Numbered from the stretch's first letter, positions 1-13,969 are shown. The stretch: DNA of 64,000 bases from Blepharisma stoltei ATCC 30299 (GCA_965603825.1 CBFDEM010000001.1:62001-126000); one strand, 5' to 3'. Notes: a model not told the origin generated them from the letters alone. A program made the numbers and translations.

Positions 1-868
1 CCCAAACTATAGCAGCTGGAATAGAAACTATAAACAAATAAAACAAGTGTTTACTGCGCCAGCATCTAATATCAAGGTTGTCATTGAGTCAATATTCTCC
101 AGAATTTATCTGCTTGCAATTGAATGACCCAAAAATCATTTTGACAATGTTCGGGTGCACGATAAATAGCAAAATAATGCAGGTAGATAGTCGTTCGTAA
201 AATCCTTGAAACTTTTTCGCTTAAGGTCGATAAAAACCCAAATGACCAGAGCAATTAGAGATATTCCGATCGGCATCAGACTCATAAGTATCAGCTTATT
301 GAAATAATATTGGTCTGGGTCACTTTTGCTCGTCTGTAAAAAGCAGTCAAAGGAAAAGGCTTGGTCGCTGACTGACCCAGCGCTGTTTTGTGTTGAAAAG
401 ACTTGAAGGACTAGACTTGGCCAGTTGAGGTTAAAAGTCGTCACAAGCATAACCAGCTGAAGGTAGTTCATAAAGATTTTGATATACACAGAAGTCAGGG
501 ACTTTGGGACAAAGGCAGAGTCTCTTGTAGATTTAACCATAATTGCACAAAGGATAATAAGTGCGATGAAGATCCCAATAATTGCCATACTGTTTGTGGC
601 TTTGTCTGGGCAAGGACTGCAGATGCCAGTGCCTGTCTTAGAGTAGCCATATTCACAAGACTGACACATGTTTCCTTTGTAGCCGTCTGAACACTCGCCT
701 GTGTAGGAGATATTGTCTGGGTTGGTTGAGCCTAAGCACGCATTTGAATTCTGACACTTCCAAAAGACATTTGTGTACTTGTTGTCTCTCCAGTATCCAG
801 ACTTAGGCGCCATTGTGTAGTTTCCATAGCAGATTCCGCCGTCAGGGCAAGCGAGACAAGAGGGGTTC
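1..868 (-). pseudogene. 5'-truncated ciliate-type Cys-rich (CxxC/EGF-like) multi-pass membrane protein; runs off the window edge; frameshift near 190
   Basis: The frame reads ...PSCLACPDGGICYGNYTMAPKSGYWR...C..C.EGY.GNMCQSC...CSPCP, then TM segments (YIKIFMNYLQL...NWP, DCFL). After a frameshift at ~190 it continues LLFIVHPNIVKMIFGSFNC...EY(TGA=W)LNDNLDIRCWRSKH. Upstream of ~868 the frame meets a stop inside receptor-family DNA, so the 5' part is missing. Confidence 0.7.
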
Positions 869-3608
869 TTAGAAAATTCTGATAGTTATTATACATATGA
901 AGGCTTAGCTCTTATAAAGTTTTTAAATTTGGTTCTTGAATGCCCTTTAGGGTCTAGTCCTTTAGACTTGGTTGCATTTTTAGATAAAAATACAGTAGAT
1001 CATCATCCTATATCTAACTTTACTTTACTGAATGTCGAGAGTGGTGAAAAGATTATAGCAGGAAATATTTTTAACGGAAATTTGACCATTTTAAAGTCTT
1101 TAAATTTTCCAGAAGATTCTTCAATAATTCCAAACTCTCCTACTACAGATGTAAATATATGAATTGCAGATGGAACCACAAATCCAGGAGCTGATCCTGA
1201 ACTTTTGGCGACAACTGTGACATATGCAGAATTTTATGCACTAAGCTATTGAAAAAGTATACATGCCTTAGATGGCTTTGAAATAACAGTTACAAATACA
1301 GATTGTGGGGTTACAATATACGATGCAGATTATGCGTATTCCTGTTTTTCTAAATTGCTTGAAACCCCTGGAATTGATTATTTATCCATGGATGGCTATT
1401 GGCTATATTATACATTGAGATATTTCAATTATTCAATGCCTCATATTTCTCCATATGCCCCTTCCAGTGTTACAGAAAATTATACAGCATTTCCTGAATT
1501 TATGACAGTCATAAAAGATGTAGCATTCAACACCCAAGTCATATTAAACCTTGCAGTGATTTTTGGCTGAAAAAATTTTGTGGTAATTTATGACAATGCA
1601 AGTACAGTGATGTATAATTATTTTGTTGCGCAACTTAAAAAATTCAATATGAGGATTGTAAATCCTCCAAAATTGCAACAAATTGATACATATTATACTA
1701 GAAATGACTATCCGAAATGAAAATATTGGTTCGAGGGGTTAATAAAGCTAAGAGCCAGACTTAATGTAGGGTTTTTGACACCTCCTTATTGAATGTATGT
1801 GGTTGAAAGCTTTTATGATGCTGGGATGAGGAGAGGCGATTGAATCTTTTTAGCCAATGCGAGACTTGCTTATTCACTTACATGGGAAACTGATGAAGTT
1901 CAGCGTAAAAAGCTTATTAATTTAATGTATGGAGGAATAGTTATTTCCCAGGCTGAATGGATTGGGGATTATGGACAAATGTTGAGGAATGGCTTTATAA
2001 AAGCTTATATCAATGACACAGATTTTCGCTGTTTAGCATTTGATTCTGCAATGCTACTTCTGCATGGGATAGAATTTACTATACAAAAAGGTCAAAATGT
2101 TAAGGATTATGAAGTAATAAACACTAATATAAGAAAACAGAAATTTACAGGGTGCTCTGGGACAATATCAATTGAGCCAGGAGGTAATCAGAGGAGTCTA
2201 CCCACTATTGGAATTCATAACCTAAAATGGGATGAGAGCTCTGGTAAAATATATGAGGATCTTGTGGGAGAGTACGATTTCAGCAGTGCCCAATTAATCA
2301 CTTTTTATAAGGCTATTGTATGATATGATAACACCACAAATGTGCCGGTTGATATTATAGAGTATGAAAATGGCTGCCCATTTCCAACTAAAATTATTTT
2401 TCGGTCTGATAAAGGCTCTGGAGTTTTATATGGAATTTCTTCTGCATTGATCGTTATTTCGATAATCGAGGCACTTTTTATGTGGAAAAAGTTCTGAAGC
2501 TACCTATGCATTAATAAATTAACGATACAATCTTGGTGCAGTTTGAGGATTATACTTTGATGGCAATAATAGCTATTGATTTTTTTCAATTTCTATCTCA
2601 AGGGCCAGATATAAGTGGATGGAATAAATGGCTGTCCTTATTGTGTACTTATTCACTGATTAATTTTGATAATACAGTTAAGGGAGATGCTTATTGGGTT
2701 TATTTGTATACAGCTATGGGGTTTCCTGCTACTTGATTTTTACAGCCATTTTATTATTTTATAGGTTTAACAATTGCCTAAGAATTTTGCTGCAGCATAT
2801 TAAAAGTCTTTCTTTGCTATTTTTACCTTTAAGTGGAAATATAGCATTTTTACCTATGGTTTCAGTTCTTTTAAGCATGTTTCAATGTGACCAAGGAATT
2901 AGTTCAAATCTTACTGATTCGTTTATAAGGCAAGACTGCAATTCTTATTGTTGAGATAATAAATATATTTTATGAGGAATCCTCTCCATAGCTTCGCTCG
3001 TGACTTATATCCCTCTTTCTTTATATTTCAGACATTATTTTTAAAACATTAATGAAAATACTAATATCAAAACTAAGCCACTTTTTATTATAGAAAAAAC
3101 AATTTTTCAGATTACTATTGTGGTCCTGAATAAAACGATAAAAATTTATGATGAATCTTTTCATGGGCTATGCTGTATTATTCTATTTATTATTTTAATT
3201 TGGCTATGTCATATGCAAAGACCTTATAACTATCATAGAATGAATTTGTGACTGATTATATCATATCTGGCTATTTTATGAAGCTTTATATTGTCAACTT
3301 TGTATTGAATCATAAAATTTGACTCAATAATACTCTGGCTAGCTCTTCAACACTCAGGATTCTTCATATTTATAGCTGTAGGCATAGCGATTCAATGCAA
3401 ATGATGCCCAAGCCTGCTATATACAGAAAAACCAGTAGATATTGCAGTTTTTTTCAAATTTTCATTGGGAAGCAAGATAGCTGCTACAGAAATTAATCAA
3501 ATGAAAAGAACCCTGATGGAGGTTAACAGCTCATCAAAAATGAGAACTTCAATTATTGATTCCCCCTCAATTATTTATAACTCCAAGGCAGATATGATAT
3601 CAGAATAA
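868..3608 (+). pseudogene. Receptor-family copy A (VFT-VFT-9TM): 5'-truncated pseudogene
   Basis: Starts abruptly at the conserved 'LEN(A/S)D.YY.YEGLA' motif. Lesions: compensating indels at ~1380-1410, a frameshift at ~2720 and an in-frame TAA at 3042-3044. The terminal TAA is at 3606-3608. Confidence 0.85.
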
Positions 3609-3649
3609 TTTAAAGATTATTTATGATCAAATTAATATAAAAAATTATT

Positions 3650-3915
3650 ATTATAAGAACTTTTTTCAGATAATTATAGTTGCTATGAATAAAAATATAA
3701 AAGTCCATAATCCCTACAGATTTAATAAAATATTGAAAATGGATGCCCATTTCCAAAACAATATATTCCCCACTCTAAAAAAGGGCTCTGGGGTGTTATA
3801 CGGAATCTCCTTGTCGCTAGGTATCAGAATTGTTTTTCGGATTTTCAATAGGAACTAGAGTTTCAGCTTGCGAAATCAATAAGATGAAAAGGGAGATTGC
3901 TAAAAATAACAACAT
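3650..3915 (+). pseudogene. Patchwork relic of three short receptor-family fragments
   Basis: Pieces resemble TM6 (FQIIIVAMNK), the pre-TM1 linker (ENGCPFP...KGSGVLYGIS) and the C-tail (FSIGTRVSACEINKMKREIA). Confidence 0.65.
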
Positions 3916-4940
3916 CATGCCAGGTTTTGATATTAAAGCTTAAAAATTGATTGAAAAGGCTAACCTCGGGAGACTAATATCTGTAGAGACATTATAAAAA
4001 GCTAGATTATATTGAGTGAGTATCAAAAATCAGAAAAAATGTACATATTTATTATATTTAATCCTATAGCCTGAAATTAAAATTTTATAAGAAAATAGCT
4101 TAGTTTGATTAATTTTACTTTAATCTAAGCTCTGCTCTAATATTCACTTTATTATCAAACTTGTCTTCTATTAATTTTAACTCTAAATATGTTGAAATTC
4201 GCTTATTTCTAAAACACCTAAATCCTCTTATATGTATTTTTACAAATATTTATTCAAATAATTTTCTGCATAAATTTCTTATTGTGCTAGGTATGTAGAG
4301 AATAGCCCCACATGCAAAGCGCAATGAAAAATTTGTGAAAGTTATAACAAAATATTTGAAGATCAATGCAAGCACTAGAATCCTCTTTACAATATTTGAT
4401 AAAATAAGAGATATATAATGCCTATATCTTTATAAATAATTGCTTAAGATGCTCATAAGTTTGTGATGCTAGATATCCTACAAAAGTGCTTAAACTTTAT
4501 TTTTATTTGCATTTAACTTTGATAAAAAAAATGAGAAAAGGCCATCACATAATGAATTTTGGCGAAAGGGAAAATTGTTCAATTGATTTCTTGTATTTAT
4601 AAAAAGAAAAGCACTCAAATATTCGATTTTTAGAAACGTAAAAAAAATTTTAATATATTAATTTTTACAAAAGTATAAGACTGAATTTAACAAAGGATAA
4701 ATTACTCAAAATAAAAAATTATATATCGTTAGATTTTAAAAATATGTGAATGTAAAAATTGATCCCAAACAAATATTAACAAAAATAAAAATGAATCATT
4801 CGGAAGTACGTTTTTTTATATTCTAAAATTTAAAATATAACCAGAGGTTAATACGATTTAAAAAACGCCCTATAGTTTTAACAATACGTACGTTTTATTT
4901 CTTTTTATTAGCTTTGCAGATTTTTAAAGTATGATAATAA

Positions 4941-7900
4941 ATGAAAATCAATTTACTAATCCTATCATTTATCCAGCTCATTCATTGCCAGCTACTTGTG
5001 GATATATTTTATAGCGTTTCAACAGATCTGGAATATAAGAATTCGATAACTTATTCTTTATTAGAAAATTTTTCGGACCAATTTGATATAAAAGAAATTT
5101 TAGTAACACCTGCATGAGGCATCTTAAATTCCGGGCAAAATCCCAATATTATTATAGATATAACTTCGAGTGCTTCCTTATCAGAACTACTCAAAGAATA
5201 TGCTTCAAATAATCAAATAATTCTTGTATCACCTGAGCTTCCAAACTCGTTCAATTATTGGCAATTTTTCACTCATTCTTCGTTAAATAGCCATATAAAA
5301 GCTATCAGCAGTCTGATTTCGTTCCTAAACTGGGAGAATTTTATAATAATTTCAAATAAAGAATACCAAATTTTGGATGATTATTTCTTAACAGAATTTT
5401 CAATTAAAAAAGTTAGCACCTTTTATTTCCCAAATATTGAAAATCAGGATTTAGCTGATTTATTTATAGGGAAAGAAATCAAACCTACAGGAAACAGAAA
5501 TATAATAATTTTAAATCAAGGGAAAGTCGCTGAAAATCTATTAAAAAGTCTCAAACAGAAAAATATTTTAACGAGTGGCTGCGGGATTATTTTAAGCAGC
5601 CAAGGTATTTGAAATTTGAATGAAAATGGAATATTAAGTTACATAGAATCAGGCATAGAAAATGCTACCAATAAATTCAACTATGAAGCGCTTGCAATAG
5701 TAAAATTTTTAAATTTAGTCTTAAAATTTCCAGGCAATTATGATCCATTTGCTTTAAGGGAATTTTTAGAAATAAACACTGCGGATCATTATGCAGTAGC
5801 GAATTTCACTGTAATAAATATTCAAAATGAACAAAAAGTAAAAGTAGGCGAAATTACTGAAGGAATTTTGAATTTTTCAAGTAATCTGACTTTCCCCGGA
5901 AATTCATTGACAATTCCAAACTCTCCGTATACTAATGTCTCAATCTGGATGGGAGATGGCCTAACTAACCCTTTAGGATACCCAGACAGTCCTTATCAAG
6001 CTGTAAAAAACGGAGCGAAGTTCGGTCTTATTTATGCTGAGAGGACTCATTTGCTTGATGGTTTCGAAATTTTAGTGATTCATACAAACTGCGGAGCCGA
6101 AATTTATGACCCGACATATTCATTAAATTGCTTTGCAAAACTAAAAAGCACCCCAGGCGTTGGATTTTTGACATCAACATATCCCTTAATAATTATCGGA
6201 AACCTTATGACGCTGAAATATTTGAATATTTCATTGCCTTTGATATCTGAATATTCCCCGCTTGGCATTTTAGGAGAGAAAGAAATGTTTCCAGATTTCC
6301 TCAGGATGGCTGGAAACGATTATTACCATTGTAACGTTCTAGTCGATCTCATCCTCATTTTTGGATGGAAAAATGTGCTTGTATTTAGCGAAAATTCTAC
6401 TTCTAGCCTACTTACTCATCAATATGTAGTAAATAAACTGGAGGCTGCGAATATAAACATTGTGAATTCACCAGAAGATCGACTGGTCATGGAAAATTAT
6501 AATCACACCCATTTTAATACATACAAAAACTGAATGATAAGGATGAAAGATCTGAAAGTTAGGCCTTGCATAATAAATTTTGCACCTCCGTCAGAATTTT
6601 ATATTATGGAAGATCTCTATGAGGCTGGTTTCAGAAGAGGAGACATCGTCATTTTAGTTCCTAATAGAGTGGCTTTTGCATTTATTACTGAGCCTGATCC
6701 TGTTCAGTTAGCAAAAATGTCAGAAGTTCTTTATGGAGGGATAATTATAAGTGAAGCAGAATGGCTTGGGGATTATGGAAAAACCATTTTATCTGAAATG
6801 AAAAAGGTTTACCCTACTAAAAACTCAGATTTTAGGTGTTTCTCCTTTGATGGTGCTACGTTGCTTTTATATGGAATAAAATTTACTATTGATAGAGGTG
6901 GGAATGTTGAAAATTCTACATTAATAAACAGTAATTTAAGGCAGCAAAAATTTTTAGGCTGCTCCGGTACCATTTCAATTGATCCAGACTCAAATGATAG
7001 ATCCTCAGCAACTATTGGGATATACAATATGAGATATGACAGTGAAGATGGCCTTTTATATGAATATATTGTAGGAAGATACGACCCTGGAAGCCAACAA
7101 TTATTCGCTTTTTATGAAGATATGAATTGGTATGACAATACCACAAATACACCTACAGATAAAATTATTAATGAAAATGGGTGCCCGTTTGAAGATAGCG
7201 AGGTCGAGTATTCGGCAAATGGCGCTGGCATCCTTTATGGGATTTCATTTAGCATATTTGTGACTACTATGATTGTGACATTTTATATATGAAGAAAATG
7301 GTGGATCGTTGATATAAAAGAAATGACTGAAAAAAAATTAATTCAATTCGAAGATTATATAGCGATGCTTATGATTTTTATTGATTTTTTGCAGCTTTTA
7401 TCAGTTGGACCTGATATAAAAAAGTATGATTCTTTTTCTGATATTTTTTCGCACTATGCCTCAATAAATCTTGGCTGACTTACTAAAGGCAAAAATCTAT
7501 GAGTTTTTGCATATGTTTCTATGGGAACTGTTATCATTTGGATCTTTTTCTGCGCAAAGCATATTTTCAAGTTTGGGGAAAAATCAAATAACGTAATATG
7601 GGAATATAGCAGAATTTTATCCAAAATGTCATTACCGATTATAGGAAATATGCTATTTTTGCCTATAGTTTCAATTTTTTTAAATGTAATTCAATGTGAT
7701 CAACAAATAGGGCCAGAAATAAGCCAAACTTTTGTAAGAAACGACTGCTCAACGTTTTGTTGGCATGATTCTCATATAATATGGGCAACTCTTTCCATGA
7801 TTTGTTTGATTTTTTATCTCCCTCTAGCAATTTATTTTCGGCCTTTTTGGGATATTTCTCATGAATATATAAATATAAAAACTCGGCCGCTATTTTTGAT

Positions 7901-8552
7901 GCTGAAAAGTGTATTTCAAGTGAGTGTAATAGTTCTTAACAAAACAGTGAAAACTTTTAGTCAATCATTGCATGGACTTTTATACAATATTTTATTAAGC
8001 GTTTTTCTATATATCTGCTATAAAAAGAAGCCTTATAATGACAGTCGCATGAACCTTTGGCAAATTATTTCTTATTTTGCAATTTTATGAAGTGTTACTC
8101 TTTCTTCTTTATATTGGTTATTACCTGAAAAATCAGCTAAAATCTGACTATTATCACAATTTATTGGCTGAATCTTTTTGATTGCTATTGGGCTTTATCT
8201 ACAGAAAAAATATTGCCCGACTATGCTTTTCAATGAGACAGGTGTACAAATTGGCAAATTCTTTAAATTTTCATTAGGAAGCTCAATTCCAGCAGCTGAA
8301 ATTAATAAAGACATCAAAGAAGCAGGCCTTAAATACAAACTTCATTCTAGCAATTCACATCTGTATGGGAAAATTTCAGATTCTACTAGACACGTGATTT
8401 ATAATAAGAAGGAAAGTAAGATTAAAATTGATAATCACTCAGATTCATCAAGGTGTGTGTTTATGAGTGATACAACACATCGGCCTAATGTTGAGCATAT
8501 GCCAGAAACTATCAGATGGATTAATCTTAAGATTGAAGACTTAGAAGGTTAA
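4941..8552 (+). CDS. Receptor-family copy B, 1203 aa (signal peptide, tandem ANF/PBP1-like modules, ~9 TM)
   Basis: ATG at 4941. All supplied ORF pieces (5373, 5616, 6534, 7521, 8178) share one frame and are separated only by TGA at conserved Trp positions. Ends at TAA. Confidence 0.9.
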
Positions 8553-8825
8553 TAAATTTAGTACGTAAATTAATCAATTTTTTAGAAATTTATTTTAATT
8601 AATTTTTAGTAGATTACTTAAATTCTATAAAATAGAGCAAAATATGTCATTCTTGAACAGTTTAGCAACTTTTGAACGAGAAAAATTTTTCAGACACTTC
8701 AATTCATTTAAAAAGTATTTATGATGCATAAGTAATATTTTTTACTAAAAAATTTAATTAGCAAAATAAATTTTGCCTAATATTTAAAATTTCTTAATTA
8801 TTATAAACAAATTATCTTAAAATAT

Positions 8826-11800
8826 TTAGTCAGCAGCTTTAAATCGATTTGTGGTATCAATTATAGGTGCAATCTTTGAGGAACCTGAATTGCTATCAAA
8901 TATAAGCTGACATTCCTTATTATGAGCACCGTATTTAGTAGAACTTGAAATTTTCTCATATATATAGTTATTACTACAATGCGATTTATATTTTATTCCT
9001 ACTTCTTTGATATCTTTATTAATTTCAGATGCTGGGATCGAGCTTCCTAGCATAAATTTAATAAATTTTACAATTTCTACACCTTGCTGATTGAATAGCA
9101 TACTTGGACAATATTTACTCTGTAGGTATAGCCCAATAGCAATTAATAAAATTCAGCCAATAACTTGTGGAAGTAGTCAAAGATTTGCTAATTTTGTATG
9201 TAAAAGATAATATAATGAAGAAATAGAAACACTCCATAAAATGGCGAAATAAGAAATAATTTGCCAAAGGTTCATGCGACTGTCGTTATATGGTTTTTTT
9301 TTGTAGCAGATATATATAAAAATAATTAATAAAATATTGTATAAAAGTCCATGCAATGATTGGCTAAAAGTTTTCACTGTTTTGTTAAGAACGATTACAC
9401 TCACCTGGAATACACTTTTCAGCATCAAAAATAGTGGCAGAGTTTTTATATTTATATTTTCATTAGAAAGACCCCAAAAAGGCTTAAAATAAATAGCTAG
9501 AGGGATATAAAAGACTAAGCAAAGCCCAGAAAGAATTGCCAATATGCTATGAGAGCCATGCCAACAAAATGTCGAACAGTCATTTCTTACAAAGCTTTGT
9601 CTCGGTTCTGGCCCTATTTGTTGGTCACACTGAGTTACATTTAAAAAAACTGAAATCATAGGCAAAAAAAGGATATTCCCTACTATTGGCAAAGACGCTT
9701 TAAATAAAACTTTACTAAATTCACATAAAATGTTATTTGAGCTTTCCCCAAACTTAAAAATGTGTTTTAAACAAAAAATAGCTCATATAAAAACAATTAC
9801 TATTGAGCAATACACAAGAAATCACATATTATTACCTTTCCAATCAAAATCTACTGACGCATAATGTGAAAAGATATTGAAATAAGTCTCATATATATCA
9901 GGTCCAGCTGACAAAAGCTGCAAAAAATCAATAAAAATCATAATTATTGCTATATAATCGTCGAATTGAATTAATTTTTTTTCAATCATTATTTCTATAT
10001 CAATCAGCCATCATTTTCTCCATATATAAAAAGTCTCAATCATAGTAGCTATCACAATGCTAAACGAAATCCCATATAAGATACCAGTGCCATTTGGTGA
10101 ATATTCAGCTTCATCTTTATCAAATGGACAGTCATTCTCATTGATAATCACATCAGTTGGTATATTCGTTGTATTATCATATCAATTAAAACCTTCATAA
10201 AATGCTATTAATTGTTGGCTTCCTGGGTCGTATCTTCCTACAATATATTCATGCAAAACGCCATCTCCATTATATCTCAGATTATATATCCCAATTGTCT
10301 GCACACTTCTATCATTAGAATCTTGCCCAATAGAAACCGTCCCTGAGCAGCCTAAAAATTTTTGCTGCCTTAAATTACTGTTCATTAAGACAGGATCTTC
10401 TACATTTTCTCCTTTTTCAATGGTATATTTAATCCCATACAAAAGTAATTGTGCTGCATCAAATTAAAGCACTTAAATTCTGGCACATTAGTTGGATAGA
10501 CCTTTATTAAATCCGAATAAACTGCTTTACCGTAATCTCCAAGCCATTCGGCTTCACTTATAATTACTCCTCCATATAGCATTTCTGAAAGTTTTGCTAT
10601 TTGCTTTTCAGGTTGATATATAAAGGCAAAAGCAATTCTATTGGGGATGAAAAATACTATATCCCCTCTTCTAAACCCAGCATCATACAAATCCTCAATT
10701 AAATAAAACTCTCCTGGAGGTGCAAAATTTATGATGCAAGGCCTTACCATTAGATTTTTCATTTTTATCATTCAGTCTTTATATTTATGATAATTTTCAT
10801 GGCTATAGCCTTCCATAACAATCCTGTCGTCTTGGGAGTTGGCAATATTTATATTTGAGGATTCTAATTTTTCTACAATATACTGGTGAGTGAGTAAAGC
10901 AGCTGTTGAGTTTTCACTAATTAGCAGCACATTTTTCCACCCAAAAATAAGCATGAGATCGGCCAGCACGTTAACATGGTAATAGTCATTTCCAGCCATC
11001 CTCATTAGGCTTGGAAAAAGCTCTTTATCTCCTAGAAAACCAGTTGGAGAAAACTCAGTTATCGAAGGGATTGAAATATTTAAATATTGCATTGAATTAA
11101 GGTTTCCAATGATCACTAATGGATATAATGATGTCAAATATCCAACGCCAGGTGTGCTTTTTAGCTTTGAATAGCAATTTATTGAAAATGTAGGATCATA
11201 GACGTCTGCCCCACAGTCTGTATGAATCACAGAAATTTCAAAACCTTCGAGGAAATGATTGCTCTTAGCCAAATCAAGAGCGAATTTTGCTCCAATTTTA
11301 CTAGTAGTATAAGAGCTGTCTGGAAATCCAGGGTTCGTAACGCCATCTGCCATTCAGATTGGGATATTTGTATGAGGAGAGTTTGGGATTATCAATGAAT
11401 TTCCTGGAAAAGTCAAATTATTAGATAAATATAAAATTCCTTTAGAGACTTCTCCTACTTCTATTTTTTGCTCATTTTGAATATTTATTATAGTGAAATT
11501 CGCAGCTGCATGATGATTAACTGTATTTATTTCTAAAAATTCCCTTAAAACCAAATTATCATAATTGCCAGAGTATTTTAGCACATGATTTAAAAATCTT
11601 ATAAAAGCGAGACTTTCGTAATTATAGTAGTCGTCCGCATTTTCTAACCCTGATTCTATATAAGTAATGGCTCCATTTCCATATAACCCTCATGAGCCTT
11701 CATTTCCTACAACAACTCCAGTTCCATTAATAAGCAAATTGTATTTTTCTAAACTTTTCAATAACATTTTTGAGCTTTCCCCATGATTTAATATGACAAT

Positions 11801-12361
11801 ATTTCTTATCCCACTTGCTTTAACTACTTTTCTTATAAATAAATCTGAATTACTTTTAGAATTGGTGTTTGAAAAATAGAACCAGCGGTAATCCCTATCA
11901 TACAAATTATTGAAAATTTCATCTTTATCATTGTAAATCTCATCAGAAATTACTATAAAAGTAGTCCAATTTAAATAAGAAATAATGCTTGGCAAAGCTT
12001 TAGCTTGATCTTCTCACGAGCTATGAGTAAAAAATTCCCATTTTGAATATATCCCGGTCGGCTTATTAATTTCAGCTATGATCGACTGATTCTCCTCAGA
12101 AAATTCTTTTAATGATTTTGATAATGATGTGCTAAAAGTAATGTCTAAAATTATATCTGGGCTGTTCATAAGCTTTTCAATATCCCAAATGCTCTCAATT
12201 AAAACTAAATTAAACGAGAATTGGTTTGGAAATTTTTTTTGAAGTAAAACTGCTAAATTTGAGGTCAAATTTGAATTTGTGAAAGAGCTAAAGCATATAT
12301 CGACAGTTAGTTGAGATACTGTGAGAGCAATTAAGCAAAATACAAGATTTATAGCCCGCAT
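8826..12361 (-). CDS. Receptor-family copy C, ~1178 aa; one -1 nt frameshift at ~10460 (T-run: sequencing error or recent pseudogene)
   Basis: Pieces from 12361 to 10460 share one frame and pieces from 10442 to 8826 share another. Restoring one T gives the conserved CF.FDAA motif. Confidence 0.8.
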
Positions 12362-12779
12362 TTATTTTTTTATATTTACTTGAAAATTTTTGTAGGGAGA
12401 CGTTTGGTTATAAAATAATATGTCATAGGGAAAAAAATTCTGATTGAACATCTCCTAGGGACTGAGGCATTACCACTGAAGTCAAATTTTTTTTTTAATT
12501 TTAATCTGGCATGCATAACAAATAATCTTTTTACTAAAAATTCCCTACCTCGTTATAAAATTTAAATAAATTTTAAGGCTGAATTATAATGATAATTAGA
12601 ATTAGAATTTTTCAAATGAAGCGTTAAAGATTAAAATCGCTATTTTTACAGAAAAATCTTAAATTCAAGAAGCGGAAAGCTGAAAGGTTTGATAAATTAT
12701 TTCACTTCTTCATCTGCTCCATATTTACATCGAATGCTTATATTCCAGCTTTTTGAATTATAAATCGGCCTAGAAAAGC

Positions 12780-13969
12780 ATCAATTTTATATATCTTATA
12801 TAAAATCACCACTGAGAAACACAGGATCGCCAAAGTCTCCAAAATCTGTGTTTGTAACTGTTATTTCAAAGCCATCTAAGGCATGTGTGATTTTAAATAG
12901 CTTAGTGAACAAAACCCTGCATATGCTACAGTTGTTGCCAAAAGTTCAGGATCAGCTCCTGGATTTGTTGTTCCATCTGCAATTCATATATTTACATACG
13001 TATTAGGAAAGTTTAGAATTATTGAAGAATTTTCTGGAAAATTTAAAGACTTTAAAATGGTCAAATTTCGTTAAAATATTTCCTGCTGTAATTTTTTCAC
13101 CATTCTTGACATTCAATAAATTAAAGTTAGATATAGGATGATGATCAACTGTATTTTTATCTAAAATGGCAACCAATCTAAAGGACTAGACCCTGAAAGG
13201 TATTCAAGAACCAAATTTAAAAATTTTATAAGTGCTAAGCCTTCATAACTATAATAACTACCAGCATTTTCTAATCCTGATTCTGTATAAGAAATGACTC
13301 CATTTCCATATAAATTTCATGAGCTCATTTCCTATCAATACTCCAGTCCCATTAGTAAGCAAATTGTGCTCTTCTAAACTCTGCAACATCATTTTCATGC
13401 TTTGTCCTTTATTCAAATTCACAATATTTCTAATCCCAGTCGGCTGAATTTGTTTTCCTATAAATAGATCTGCGGAATTTTTATTATTGCTATTTGAGAA
13501 ATAAAATCATTGGAATCATTTTTGGAAAATAATTATCTTGAATATAAATTTCATCAGAAATCACTATAAAAATTGTCCAATTTAAATACGAAAGGACACT
13601 TGATAAAGCTTCAAATTGGTTTTCCCATGAATTATGAGTAAAAAATTCCCAATTGGAATATATACCTGCTGGCTTACTAGTTTTAACTAAAATTATATGT
13701 TTTTCTTCCACAAGCTGCATTATTGATTTTAATAAAGAGTTACTAAAATTCATATCAAAAAATATATCTGGAATATCCACAAAATTTTCAATATCTCAAA
13801 TGTTTCCTATGGGAACTAAATTAAATAAAAATTGATCTTAAAATTTTGTCGCACCAAAGCCGTAAAATTTGAAGCTAGTTGTGAATCTTTAAAAGAGCTT
13901 AGAATTATATCAACAATAAATTGAGATTTTGTAAGAATAATTGAGAGATATAATTCATAAACCCTACAT
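12780..13969 (-). pseudogene. Receptor-family copy D: 5' portion only, degraded
   Basis: ATG is followed directly by TAG and there are several frameshifts. 12840-13290 is a close inverted match to copy A 870-1310 (GTTNPGADPELLATTV). Confidence 0.8.

Noticed and set aside
7884-8093. High identity with 9228-9437 as a discrete gene-conversion tract between B and C
   Set aside because: This TM6-TM8 segment is well conserved across the family, so conversion cannot be separated from constraint without computation.
10440-10480. Tiny 15-16 nt heterotrich introns as the explanation for frameshifts (also at ~190 and ~62521)
   Set aside because: I found no suitable GT...AG of that size that restores the frame. 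At 10460 and 62521 a 1-nt addition restores the conserved motif.
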